In this document: positions 26,104 to 35,015 of the stretch, in pieces
How the letters are laid out: every line of letters starts with the position of its first letter
Numbering within the stretch: position 1 is the stretch's first letter
Virus record (IMG/VR): IMGVR_UViG_3300035070_003385
Location: 64,001-128,000 of that record
Source of the DNA: a virus
Reading direction: 5' to 3' (one strand)
Length of the DNA stretch: 64,000 bases
Notes under the pieces: generated by a model
Database searches by the model: none
Told to the model about the DNA's origin: nothing
The model's input: only the letters and a program-made list of their open reading frames with translations
Translations under genes and position numbers: made by a program

Positions 26104-26904
26104 ATGAATAAGTTTTTAACAACAGCTGCAATTGTGTTTGCAGGTTCTGCAGCTTTTGCAGAAGAAACCAGCGAAACGCCATATGTACCATATATTGGTA
26201 TTAGCGGTGAAATTAAAACGGTAATTGCAGAAACACCTGAAAATAATTATGGCGCTACAACATCTTTAGATTTAGATGTTTCTGCTGTAAACGGATTGGC
26301 TTTTGGGTCTATGGAATTTGGTATTGACACTGGATCCAATGCAATTACTCTCGACGAATATTCAGTTGGTACAACCGTTGGTGCTGCATCAATAAGCTTT
26401 GGTAGACAAGGTAATGTTTTTGTTGAAGGCGAAACTGGCGCGACTCTACTTGATCCTGCGTTAGGTACAAGCATTATAGCTAATGCTTATGGCGCAACAG
26501 TTGGTCTTGGCTTTACTGACGTAACTGCTGATGTAATTGATATCGAAAACATACAAGGTGCGTACTCTGTCGGTGCAAATGCTATTGGTTTAGAAGCATC
26601 TGTAGATTATAACTTCAATTCAGAAGATTGGGTCCTTGGCGGACGTGCAACTACAGACCTAAGTATTGCATCAATTGGCCTAACAGGAACATACGGTTCA
26701 GCAGCAGAAAAAGCAGCCTTTGAAGCTGATGCAACTGTATTTGGTGTTACTGCATATCTTGCTGGTGATGCTGATGATATGGCCCAAAATATTGGTGGTT
26801 CATATGAATATGTTTTTGGTGGCATGTCATTAGAATCTGGCGTGGATTATAACTTAAATTCTGAAGAAATTGTCCCAACAATTTCGGCATCCTTTGCGTT
26901 TTAA
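26104..26904 (+). CDS. Outer-membrane porin-like protein (Rhodobacter type)
   Basis: Signal peptide MNKFLTTAAIVFAGSAAFA; amphipathic strands; C-terminal Phe (ISASFAF). Confidence 0.8.
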   Translation: MNKFLTTAAIVFAGSAAFAEETSETPYVPYIGISGEIKTVIAETPENNYGATTSLDLDVSAVNGLAFGSMEFGIDTGSNAITLDEYSVGTTVGAASISFGRQGNVFVEGETGATLLDPALGTSIIANAYGATVGLGFTDVTADVIDIENIQGAYSVGANAIGLEASVDYNFNSEDWVLGGRATTDLSIASIGLTGTYGSAAEKAAFEADATVFGVTAYLAGDADDMAQNIGGSYEYVFGGMSLESGVDYNLNSEEIVPTISASFAF

Positions 26905-26928
26905 ACACTAAAAATTATTTTTATAGAC

Positions 26929-26958
26929 AAAAAGAGGAGCTAAGGCTCCTCTTTTTTT
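26929..26958 (+). terminator. Rho-independent terminator
   Basis: AAAAGAGGAGC-TAAG-GCTCCTCTTTT. Confidence 0.9.
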
Positions 26959-26965
26959 ATAAATA
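26958..26965 (+). promoter_or_regulatory. T4-type late promoter for the exported-protein module
   Basis: TATAAATA immediately after the terminator. Confidence 0.7.
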
Positions 26966-26997
26966 TAAGGCAATTGTTATGAATATAGGATTAATAC

Positions 26998-27576
26998 ATG
27001 TTTAAAAACCTTTTTACTATAATAATGCTATTGGCGGCAACGTCCGTGCTAGCACAGGATGTAGGTGATGATGTAATTTATACTGATAACACAAATACAA
27101 GTGATGTAAACAGTACAAGTACTTCTAGCACTACTGTAAAATCTCCACCACCTTCAGCAATTTCACCTTCTATAAATTCTTCAAATTCTGATTTGTGTAC
27201 TGTTGGTGTATCTGGTGCTGTCCAAACCCAAATTCTTGGTATTAGCGCAGGTAAAACCGTTCGTGATATGAATTGCGAAAAGCTAAAAAATGCTAAAGTG
27301 TTATATGACATGGGTATGAAAGTAGCTGCTGTGTCTGTGATGTGTCAAGATGAAAGAGTTTTTGATGCTATGATGAACGCAGGAACTCCTTGCCCATATC
27401 AAGGAATGATTGGACCGGAAGCTCGAGCTGCTTGGGAGGCAAACAAAGATAAGCAACCTGGCAACAAGTCAAAAAACAAGTCAATGAACCCATTTAAGGA
27501 TTTGGAAAATGATGAAAAGTCAACTTTATTTGGCGGCGGCGCTGTTGGTATCCTCCTCCTCCTATTGTTACTCTGA
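26998..27576 (+). CDS. Exported Cys-containing protein with C-terminal membrane anchor
   Basis: Signal peptide, Ser/Thr linker, four Cys, C-terminal GILLLLLL. Confidence 0.7.
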   Translation: MFKNLFTIIMLLAATSVLAQDVGDDVIYTDNTNTSDVNSTSTSSTTVKSPPPSAISPSINSSNSDLCTVGVSGAVQTQILGISAGKTVRDMNCEKLKNAKVLYDMGMKVAAVSVMCQDERVFDAMMNAGTPCPYQGMIGPEARAAWEANKDKQPGNKSKNKSMNPFKDLENDEKSTLFGGGAVGILLLLLLL

Positions 27577-28414
27577 CACAAGCTACGGTGTTACTAATAA
27601 CGCGGCTATAGCCGGATTATCCTGGGGCATGGAAGAAATACTCCCTAATCATGCCGCTCCATATGTTACAGTTCAAGTTCATGGATTAACATATAGATAC
27701 ACGATGGTAAAAAATCCAGAAACGGATGCTTTAGTTTACGTTAGAAACAAAAATGCTGTTGATGGTGGTTATATATTTGAAGAAACTGATGATTGGTCTG
27801 GTAATCCTGGTGGAACCATTCAAAAATATGTTAGGTTTCCTTATGTTGATGCTACTAAATGGGGCGATGGATCCATGAATGTTGAAGGCGAAGGCCGCAT
27901 AGAAAATCCTTCAGTAATATATAATTATAAATTAGATGTAGACGAACAAGCAATGATGTGTTATGGAAATCCTTTGTACGATCCGTCGTGCCCTGGCTTT
28001 CAACAAGCTTTATTAGATTATTTAAATAATATGGAAACATTAAGTGCAGGCGACCCATTTTATGATGAATGGGTGCAAGCAAATCTTTCTATGAATGACA
28101 AAAAAGAAAACGAAGAAGCGAAAGAAATAAAAGAACCCGAAGAAAAATTATCTAGGTTTGAAAAAAAATTAGGCGGTAAAAATACGATAGGCAATTTAGT
28201 TAATGAGGCAGAGCAGACAAGAGTACTAGCTTCATTGGCACAAAATCAAAAAATTGAAAATTATTATACAGTAACAATCCAAGGCGGGGAATATGTTGAT
28301 GCTGTAATACTTGAAGACACAATAATACAAGATAACAGAAGGGCAATGAAAAGTTTAGCGTCTGATGCTAAACACAATACGATGGTTCGCTCACAATACG
28401 AAAACGAACAATAG
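27509..28414 (+). CDS. Exported hypothetical protein
   Basis: Signal peptide; beta-rich N-domain; CYGNPLYDPSCPG. Confidence 0.7.
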   Translation: MMKSQLYLAAALLVSSSSYCYSDTSYGVTNNAAIAGLSWGMEEILPNHAAPYVTVQVHGLTYRYTMVKNPETDALVYVRNKNAVDGGYIFEETDDWSGNPGGTIQKYVRFPYVDATKWGDGSMNVEGEGRIENPSVIYNYKLDVDEQAMMCYGNPLYDPSCPGFQQALLDYLNNMETLSAGDPFYDEWVQANLSMNDKKENEEAKEIKEPEEKLSRFEKKLGGKNTIGNLVNEAEQTRVLASLAQNQKIENYYTVTIQGGEYVDAVILEDTIIQDNRRAMKSLASDAKHNTMVRSQYENEQ

Positions 28415-28423
28415 GAGATTCAT

Positions 28424-28927
28424 ATGTTCAAACAATTATTAACTTTAAGTACACTTAGCATCTTTGTAGCATCAGCTGCTTTTGCTAATGAAACACCAAT
28501 TGTAGGTAATGTTTCATCTAAATGCTCAATATATACAGATAAAGCCGGTGTTTATGGTAACCCTACACCAGATGAATTAAGTACATTACCAGCAGATGGC
28601 GGTGTACTTCCAGTCGTTAGATACGACGTGTCCATTGCAGATTATTACACCGCTAAAATCTCTTGGCCGAATTCATTTTCCAGTAGCCCATCATTAACAG
28701 ATGCGGTTGCGTGGGATGGTGAAATAGAAGTGTCAAATACATCTGATGCTGGCATGGCCGGTTACGAAACCGCAAAGATTGAATATGAAAATCATACAGA
28801 ATACGATCTTACAGTTGCAGGCTCAACTTGGTTTAAGGTAACTTCAGAGGCATTATATGGTGTTGGTAAAGCATTACCTGGAGGAGAATATAAGGCTAAT
28901 GTTGTGGCGGAATGTATAGCAAAATAA
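28424..28927 (+). CDS. Exported pilin/fimbrial-subunit-like protein
   Basis: Signal peptide; N-terminal IVGNVSSKCSI and C-terminal PGGEYKANVVAEC resemble chaperone-usher subunit termini. Confidence 0.5.
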   Translation: MFKQLLTLSTLSIFVASAAFANETPIVGNVSSKCSIYTDKAGVYGNPTPDELSTLPADGGVLPVVRYDVSIADYYTAKISWPNSFSSSPSLTDAVAWDGEIEVSNTSDAGMAGYETAKIEYENHTEYDLTVAGSTWFKVTSEALYGVGKALPGGEYKANVVAECIAK

Positions 28928-29301
28928 TGAAAATTTTAAATATAATTGCAATAGCGCTTTTTGCTAATAGCGCTATTGCGCATGAATTAACACCAACATA
29001 TCCAAAAATATTACCGTCTTATATTACAGGAATATCGGTAATAAAAATGAAATTGTGGAATAGGCGAAACGATGCTAATTTTTATGAGATAGACGTATTT
29101 GACTCTGAATGGAATAAAATTTCGTTTGCGTCAACTGATAAAATTTTTCAATTAGATTATTTAGAGCAAAAGAATTTTGATATTTACATCAAAGACAGTG
29201 ATAGAAATAAAATATCTTTTATCTGTACTTCATCTAAACAATTAAAAAAAGATGTGTTGTCAACAGGAATAAAGACTAGAATTTGTTCAAAGATAAAATA
29301 A
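28927..29301 (+). CDS. Exported Ig-like protein, fimbrial-chaperone-like
   Basis: Signal peptide; HELTPT...KLWN...YEIDV pattern; two Cys. Confidence 0.4.
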   Translation: MKILNIIAIALFANSAIAHELTPTYPKILPSYITGISVIKMKLWNRRNDANFYEIDVFDSEWNKISFASTDKIFQLDYLEQKNFDIYIKDSDRNKISFICTSSKQLKKDVLSTGIKTRICSKIK

Positions 29302-29319
29302 TACTAAGTGAGATAAAAA

Positions 29320-29724
29320 ATGAAATATATAATACTATTGTTTATTGTTATTGGTTCAGCTTCATATGCAGATTCATCTTCATTAAACTTACAACTCCCT
29401 GGTATACCAGGTAATTACCAATCTGATAGGTTTCGTGCTGGTGATCTTGATTGTTCCAATGCTATTGGGTCAGCAACCAATTTGGAGTTTGGTGTCACTG
29501 GTATAATTGATAAAGACTACGATGATCCTATAAGTGGTTTTAACCAAGACACCAAAACCGACGTTGGTGTATATGCAAGAATAACAATTCCTTTAGGTAA
29601 AAAGCCAAAATCTCGTGTTGATTGCAACAGATTATTTGAATTAGAATTAAGAAAAAAACAATTAGAAGTAAGAAAGCTAGAACAAGAATTGGAACAACTC
29701 AGAAAATTGCAGTTTGAAAATTAA
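29320..29724 (+). CDS. Exported protein with C-terminal coiled coil
   Basis: Signal peptide; two Cys; ELELRKKQLE heptads. Confidence 0.65.
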   Translation: MKYIILLFIVIGSASYADSSSLNLQLPGIPGNYQSDRFRAGDLDCSNAIGSATNLEFGVTGIIDKDYDDPISGFNQDTKTDVGVYARITIPLGKKPKSRVDCNRLFELELRKKQLEVRKLEQELEQLRKLQFEN

Positions 29725-29736
29725 AGGAAATTAATT

Positions 29737-30075
29737 TTGTTTTGTAACTATTTAATAGGATTGGCACTATCTGTACATATAAATTCTGCCAAGAATTTTA
29801 ATGAAATACATCCGCAGGGAAGAATGGAATGTGGAAATTATGTTTCTGGCATATATTTAAATAGCCTTGAAAAACCTAGCATATATGCAGGATTTAAGAA
29901 TAAATTTTATAACGATTTACACATAGAATATGGTATTGTGGATGGGTATTATGGATTAGGGAAAAAGGATATAGTTCCTTTTTTAAAATTAAATTACAAA
30001 AACTATTTTCTTACACCAACATTTGATGATGATATTGCGATTGTAATTGGAGTAGAATATTTTTTAGGAGACTAA
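29737..30075 (+). CDS. Small outer-membrane beta-barrel-like protein
   Basis: FNEIHP...SGIYLNS..KPSIYAG; alternating strands; aromatic C-terminus. Confidence 0.45.
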   Translation: MFCNYLIGLALSVHINSAKNFNEIHPQGRMECGNYVSGIYLNSLEKPSIYAGFKNKFYNDLHIEYGIVDGYYGLGKKDIVPFLKLNYKNYFLTPTFDDDIAIVIGVEYFLGD

Positions 30076-30076
30076 C

Positions 30077-30772
30077 ATGGCTGAAGTAGAATTTGGCGGA
30101 TTAAAATTTTCTGGTGGTAAAATGTTTGCTGTGCTTACTGCTTTATCTACGCTAGGCGGCGCAGCCTGGGGAGGATTTGAAATATACGCAGACTATATGG
30201 ACATGAAAGAAATTATTCAAAATATAGACATTCAAGAGATCCAAGCTGCGAATGAATTACAGTTACAAAAACTTGATGATGCAATAAATTACACAGTAGA
30301 AATTAGACAGGACTTGGCAAATGATGTCGAGCGAGTCGAAGGAACTGTACGTCAATTAGAAAATCAAGTACAGAAAGCTGAAGAAACGGTAAGAACATTA
30401 CGTAGCGACATATATGTAAAACTTGATCAATTTGAAGAGCGCCAAAGATTGACATTAAAAGATAACCAAGATACTATGGCTAATTTACGAGATACAATTA
30501 GCACAAATTTAGAAACCTCTGAAGGGCGAATTAAAAGTACTCAGTCCTCAATAGAAAATATTCTTGCTAATATTCGTGAAGATTTAAACAACCAAACCAA
30601 AGATGTTACCACGTCAATACGAGAAGTTGAAGCAACTGTAAGATTATCAGAAAAAGATGTACGCGATGTTATGAAAGAAACAATTAAAAATCTTGAAGAA
30701 AAAATGACAAAACTTAACAATGATATAAATAAAATAATACAAGAAGCTTTGGATAATCCATTATCAGACTAA
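30077..30772 (+). CDS. Membrane-anchored long coiled-coil protein
   Basis: N-terminal TM helix followed by ~180 aa of heptads. Confidence 0.7.
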   Translation: MAEVEFGGLKFSGGKMFAVLTALSTLGGAAWGGFEIYADYMDMKEIIQNIDIQEIQAANELQLQKLDDAINYTVEIRQDLANDVERVEGTVRQLENQVQKAEETVRTLRSDIYVKLDQFEERQRLTLKDNQDTMANLRDTISTNLETSEGRIKSTQSSIENILANIREDLNNQTKDVTTSIREVEATVRLSEKDVRDVMKETIKNLEEKMTKLNNDINKIIQEALDNPLSD

Positions 30773-30798
30773 TACAAAAATCTTTAGGAGAAACGGCA

Positions 30799-31527
30799 AT
30801 GATAGAACAGTGTTCTAAAATGGCAAAACTAGCTGGGATTGCATATCTTGATGAAAAACCAGCAAAACCAAAATATAAAAAGCTTGGGTATGCAGGTCAT
30901 AATTTTATAGAAAATGATGGAGCACAGTGTCATGCTATTTGGAACGATGAAGAAATTGTATTATGTTTTAGAGGAACTGAGCCAAACGAATTTTCAGATA
31001 TATTAGCAGATCTTAATGCTTGGCCTGATAAAGCGCAAGTAGGCGGAAGAGTTCATAATGGTTTCCAAAACGAATTAGAAAAAATTTGGGAAGATATAAT
31101 TGAAATTCTTGAAGTAAATAAAGACAAAGAATTGTATATCACAGGTCATTCTTTAGGTGGCGCAATGGCAACAATTGCTGCTAGCCGTTTAAAAGACGAA
31201 ATAGAAGCTCTATACACGTATGGATCACCAAGAGTTGGTACTAGAAAATTTGTAAAATCTTTTTCTAACGTTGAACATTATCGTCACGTTAATAATAACG
31301 ATGTGGTTACTTCAATTCCATTAGCATTGATGGGATACGTACATCACTGCCCTCCTCGTTACATTAATTATCATGGGCACATTAGACCTTTTACTCCTTG
31401 GCAAAGATTAAAAGATAAGTGGCGTGGTAGGTTAGCGTCAATTAAGCAATGGAAACCATTCGATGGCGCATCAGATCACGGAATGGATTATTACATAGAA
31501 TATACGGAGAAAAATAAAAATGTCTAG
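30799..31527 (+). CDS. Class 3 lipase (alpha/beta hydrolase)
   Basis: FRGTE, VHNGF, TGHSLGGA, YGSPRVG, D.V..IP, DH.M..Y. Confidence 0.92.
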   Translation: MIEQCSKMAKLAGIAYLDEKPAKPKYKKLGYAGHNFIENDGAQCHAIWNDEEIVLCFRGTEPNEFSDILADLNAWPDKAQVGGRVHNGFQNELEKIWEDIIEILEVNKDKELYITGHSLGGAMATIAASRLKDEIEALYTYGSPRVGTRKFVKSFSNVEHYRHVNNNDVVTSIPLALMGYVHHCPPRYINYHGHIRPFTPWQRLKDKWRGRLASIKQWKPFDGASDHGMDYYIEYTEKNKNV

Positions 31528-31729
31528 CGAAATACTAAAAGATGAAGATACTCCTGAAGGAACCTTTGATTTAAGTTTTAGGGTTATGAATAACGAAATA
31601 CTAGGATTTACAATGCGTGTTGATGATTTTAAAGCTAAGTGGCTATTATTAGGTCTTATATCTATTGCCGTTTTGGGATATATAGTTTCAATCTTTGGCC
31701 CTGCTATAATGTCTACGTTTGGAAGCTAA
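31520..31729 (+). CDS. Small membrane protein
   Basis: One TM helix. Confidence 0.6.
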   Translation: MSSEILKDEDTPEGTFDLSFRVMNNEILGFTMRVDDFKAKWLLLGLISIAVLGYIVSIFGPAIMSTFGS

Positions 31730-31730
31730 C

Positions 31731-32006
31731 ATGGATACATTAGTAAGAATGTTTGGTGATACACTGTGGATTTATACAGCGATCGGCGGGTCAATAATTG
31801 GTGCTGCGTTTTTGGCATGGTTTAGAAATACACACGCAGCACTTTATCTAATGTCAAAATTTGACGCGTTTTTAGATTATTTAGTAGATAAGTTTGGGTG
31901 GAATTGGCTACAAGATGATCCCGAGGCTTGGCGGAAACGGTATCCACGTGTTACTAAAAAAATTGACGACTTAGAACAACGTATTAAAGAATTAGAAAAT
32001 AAATAA
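31731..32006 (+). CDS. Small membrane protein
   Basis: TM helix plus C-terminal coiled coil. Confidence 0.6.
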   Translation: MDTLVRMFGDTLWIYTAIGGSIIGAAFLAWFRNTHAALYLMSKFDAFLDYLVDKFGWNWLQDDPEAWRKRYPRVTKKIDDLEQRIKELENK

Positions 32007-32239
32007 TGCATGGCGATCAAAATCTAGATAATATAATATTAGATATTAGAAAAAGAATTTCCGATTTGAGAGCTCATTTGGAAACAAATGAGCCAAGTAA
32101 AGATATTGTTAATGTCGACCATGAAAACCCGCCAATTCAAGTAATAGACGAAGCTGAAGAAAAAAAGAAAGAGCAGGCTAAAAAGAAGTTAGCTGAACTC
32201 AGTGCAATGAAAGCTAAACTGTTAGGAAAGAAAAAATGA
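32006..32239 (+). CDS. Hypothetical protein
   Basis: Coupled stop/start. Confidence 0.55.
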   Translation: MHGDQNLDNIILDIRKRISDLRAHLETNEPSKDIVNVDHENPPIQVIDEAEEKKKEQAKKKLAELSAMKAKLLGKKK

Positions 32240-32388
32240 ACTGGATTAAAAAAAGATTAACAGAAAGAACTACTCTTGACGGGGCTGTTCTTATTGCAAC
32301 TGGTGTAGCAATGATTTTAATTCCAATAGATTTAATTGCGTATGCAGTTATTTTTTATGGTGCATGGACTATTTGGAAAAAAGAATAA
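32236..32388 (+). CDS. 50-aa membrane protein (holin-like topology)
   Basis: MNWIKKRLTERTTLDG followed by two hydrophobic segments; not in ORF track. Confidence 0.55.
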   Translation: MNWIKKRLTERTTLDGAVLIATGVAMILIPIDLIAYAVIFYGAWTIWKKE

Positions 32389-32397
32389 ATTAATCTA

Positions 32398-32426
32398 TTG
32401 ACAAATACAAATATATGTAATATAAT
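32398..32426 (+). promoter_or_regulatory. Consensus sigma70 promoter for hemO-pcyX
   Basis: TTGACA-N17-TATAAT. Confidence 0.75.
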
Positions 32427-32462
32427 AAAACAATAAGACTAGTAAAAAGCGAATTGAGATTA

Positions 32463-33056
32463 ATGGATAATTTAAAAAACCTAACAAAATCAGAACATCG
32501 GAATGCTGAAAGAACTACGTTTATGCGTAGGCTAATAAAAAAGAATATTACGCCAGAACAATATTACGTCTATTTAAAAAACCAGCTGGCTGTATATACT
32601 ACGTTAGAATTTTATGCTGGCCGTAAAAATATATTTGAAGGTGAAATGTCAAAATTAGAAAGATCTCCTGCGCTGCTTGCAGATCTTTTGGAAATGGAAT
32701 CGGCTGAAAATTTTAATTCGCTAGGTGACAATTTAATCCTTTCAACTGCTATAAATTACATAAAATATATTGAAGAAATACAAAACAATAAAGATAGACT
32801 TTTTGCTCATATTTATGTAAGGCATATGGGTGATTTGTCTGGCGGCCAAATGATTAAAAAACTAGTACCAGGTCCTACATCCTTTTATGAATTTGATAGT
32901 GATACTGAATATCTTAAAAGCAAAATAAGAGAAAAATTGCACGATGGGCTAGTTGATGAAGCTAAAGTTTGTTTCGGCATGGTTCAAGATTTTTTAGAAG
33001 AATTGGAACAATATTTCAATGGAACAGACTCCGAAGTTATGGCAAAGATTAAATAA
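32463..33056 (+). CDS. hemO: Heme oxygenase
   Basis: Proximal His TKSEHRNAE; HIYVRHMGDLSGGQ; FYEF. Confidence 0.92.
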   Translation: MDNLKNLTKSEHRNAERTTFMRRLIKKNITPEQYYVYLKNQLAVYTTLEFYAGRKNIFEGEMSKLERSPALLADLLEMESAENFNSLGDNLILSTAINYIKYIEEIQNNKDRLFAHIYVRHMGDLSGGQMIKKLVPGPTSFYEFDSDTEYLKSKIREKLHDGLVDEAKVCFGMVQDFLEELEQYFNGTDSEVMAKIK

Positions 33057-33708
33057 ATATGCTGAGTATTTAGAAACAAGGTTCGATAGCTCGTTTGAGA
33101 GATATGAAGAACCAAAAATGAATAACCTAAATTTTAAAAATTGGAACGACACGTTTTGGTGCTCCAATGTTATTCGCAAATGCCATTTAAAAACAATTTC
33201 GCCAAAAGATGGCAAAGGCCTTTGGTTAATGCATGTAAATGTGTTTCCAAGAGTGAATATAGAGTTGCCAATTCTTGGATTTGATATCGTAGCCGGGCCC
33301 AAAAAAATTACTGGCTCGTTTATGGATTATAGCCCATTATATGGCTTTCCACACCCATATCACGAATATATGGAAATGTGTGTTGCCGGTTTGGAATGGA
33401 ACAAGCCACGCGAATTGCCACCCTGGGCCAGTGAAATTTTTTCAAGTGATATGATTGCAGTAAGCAATATTAATACTGATAAAGAACTTGACCAATTTAT
33501 TCAAGTTACAACTGATTTAGTAGATTATTATTTAGATAATTTAAATATGTTTGCGCTCGAGTCTCGGCGTGACATAAGACCGTTGTTAAACAAATATTGC
33601 CAAAACCAAAAACTAAATCCGCATTTGCATCGTTCTATTTTGGCTATGGGAATATCAGAAAAAGATAAAAACGATTACATAAATAACATATTATTTGAAG
33701 AAATTTAA
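33019..33708 (+). CDS. pcyX: Ferredoxin-dependent bilin reductase, PcyX/PcyA-like
   Basis: LWLMHVNVFP...PILGFDIVAG, RELPPWA.EIFS, Q..N; follows heme oxygenase. Confidence 0.8.
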   Translation: MEQTPKLWQRLNKYAEYLETRFDSSFERYEEPKMNNLNFKNWNDTFWCSNVIRKCHLKTISPKDGKGLWLMHVNVFPRVNIELPILGFDIVAGPKKITGSFMDYSPLYGFPHPYHEYMEMCVAGLEWNKPRELPPWASEIFSSDMIAVSNINTDKELDQFIQVTTDLVDYYLDNLNMFALESRRDIRPLLNKYCQNQKLNPHLHRSILAMGISEKDKNDYINNILFEEI

Positions 33709-33738
33709 ATAAGAATATTCAAAGTTGTGCGTGCATAT

Positions 33739-33924
33739 ATGGAAAATAACAATTCACCAAAAAAGCAGTTGACATACATGCACTGTTGTGATAATATTAA
33801 TATTATTAGAAATCAAACAGCCCTTACCTTTTCAGGACACAAATATTTAATAGCTGTGGTTTGCTGTAGCAATTGCGGTAGTAAAAAAGCGACCTCTTAC
33901 ATTAAACACATAAAGGAGATATAA
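33739..33924 (+). CDS. Small Cys-rich (zinc-ribbon-like) protein
   Basis: HCCD...CCSNCG. Confidence 0.5.
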   Translation: MENNNSPKKQLTYMHCCDNINIIRNQTALTFSGHKYLIAVVCCSNCGSKKATSYIKHIKEI

Positions 33925-34125
33925 ATGATTGTAAATAAATTCCTAAAAGAAAAGTCAGGACAAAATTTACGTGCTGAAATTCATTCTGACACGGATGGAT
34001 ATAATATTAAATATTTTATAAATGAAACCATGCAAACTCAAAAAACATTTGCTGGTCAAACTATCCAGCAAGTTGAAAATGAGGCAAAGGCATGGATTGA
34101 TTCGGTAGGGGTTATAAACGGTTAA
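33925..34125 (+). CDS. Hypothetical protein
   Basis: RBS AAGGAG. Confidence 0.6.
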   Translation: MIVNKFLKEKSGQNLRAEIHSDTDGYNIKYFINETMQTQKTFAGQTIQQVENEAKAWIDSVGVING

Positions 34126-34358
34126 TGATAGAAACTAAAACCCCTGAAAAAATTCATATGGCTATTCAAGATAAATTAACAAAAGGAGCAACTTATATTG
34201 ATGCTCTTGTTACCTATGCTAAAGAAAACAACCTTGAAATTGAAACAGTAGCAAATATAGTTAAAAAGTCCACAATTATAAAGCAAAAAATAAAAACCGA
34301 AGCTTTAGAATTAAGACTAGTAAAAAAGGAAGAAAATGACGTCACTAAACTATGCTAA
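34125..34358 (+). CDS. 33: Late transcription coactivator (gp33)
   Basis: YIDALVTYAKENNLEIE; position before 59-32. Confidence 0.8.
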   Translation: MIETKTPEKIHMAIQDKLTKGATYIDALVTYAKENNLEIETVANIVKKSTIIKQKIKTEALELRLVKKEENDVTKLC

Positions 34359-34932
34359 TGAAGCATCGTTTCGAGTCTATGTGAACTACTTAGCACTCAA
34401 AAAGCATTTTGATACAGACGGTTACGATTATCACAAATATAACGGTAAGATCCGTGCTTCCTTTGATAAATTCCAAACTCGAAACGATGCATTTTTTTTC
34501 TATAAGCTATCAAAGAAAAAAGATCCACTCAAGATTCTTATTGCTAACCTTGTTCGAAATCCTAAAGCATGGATTCGTGAAATAGTTGAAGAACGCGGAG
34601 AAGAAATCTATAACGAATGGGAAAAAAAGATGGACTCTTTGTCATATTTGTATAAAATGGATCTGCATAAACTCAAGGACAATTATCATGACAATCTATC
34701 CGTCATTGACGGTCAGCATCCATATGTTATGACTATGTATTTTCAAAAGGAAATATCTATTGAAACTTTTACTATACTTTCAAAGATTTCTAATGTTTAT
34801 GACTACTGGGAAGAAAAAGTAGTTGACAAATTCGTTGCACGTGATATAATAAGATTATCCAAGAAATATTATCCATTCTTGGAAATAGACCAAAAAAAGT
34901 TTTCTGCAATCACTAAAGAGTACTTTTTTTAA
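34336..34932 (+). CDS. 59: Helicase loader (gp59)
   Basis: YLALKKHF...YDYHKYNGK, RND..FF.KL, ISIETF. Confidence 0.9.
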   Translation: MTSLNYANEASFRVYVNYLALKKHFDTDGYDYHKYNGKIRASFDKFQTRNDAFFFYKLSKKKDPLKILIANLVRNPKAWIREIVEERGEEIYNEWEKKMDSLSYLYKMDLHKLKDNYHDNLSVIDGQHPYVMTMYFQKEISIETFTILSKISNVYDYWEEKVVDKFVARDIIRLSKKYYPFLEIDQKKFSAITKEYFF

Positions 34933-34940
34933 TATAAATA
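34933..34940 (+). promoter_or_regulatory. T4-type late promoter upstream of gene 32
   Basis: TATAAATA, followed by hairpin GATGGTGGA-ATAAA-TCCAC...CATC (possible gp32 autoregulatory leader). Confidence 0.6.
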
Positions 34941-35015
34941 GATGGTGGAATAAATCCACAATATACATCGCAATATAAACCAATGCTATATAACGCAAAA
35001 CTAGGAGACACAAAT

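Noticed and set aside
26998-30772. Calling the exported-protein module a complete chaperone-usher pilus
   Set aside because: No usher-sized barrel, and similarity is limited to terminal patterns judged by eye; kept only as a hypothesis
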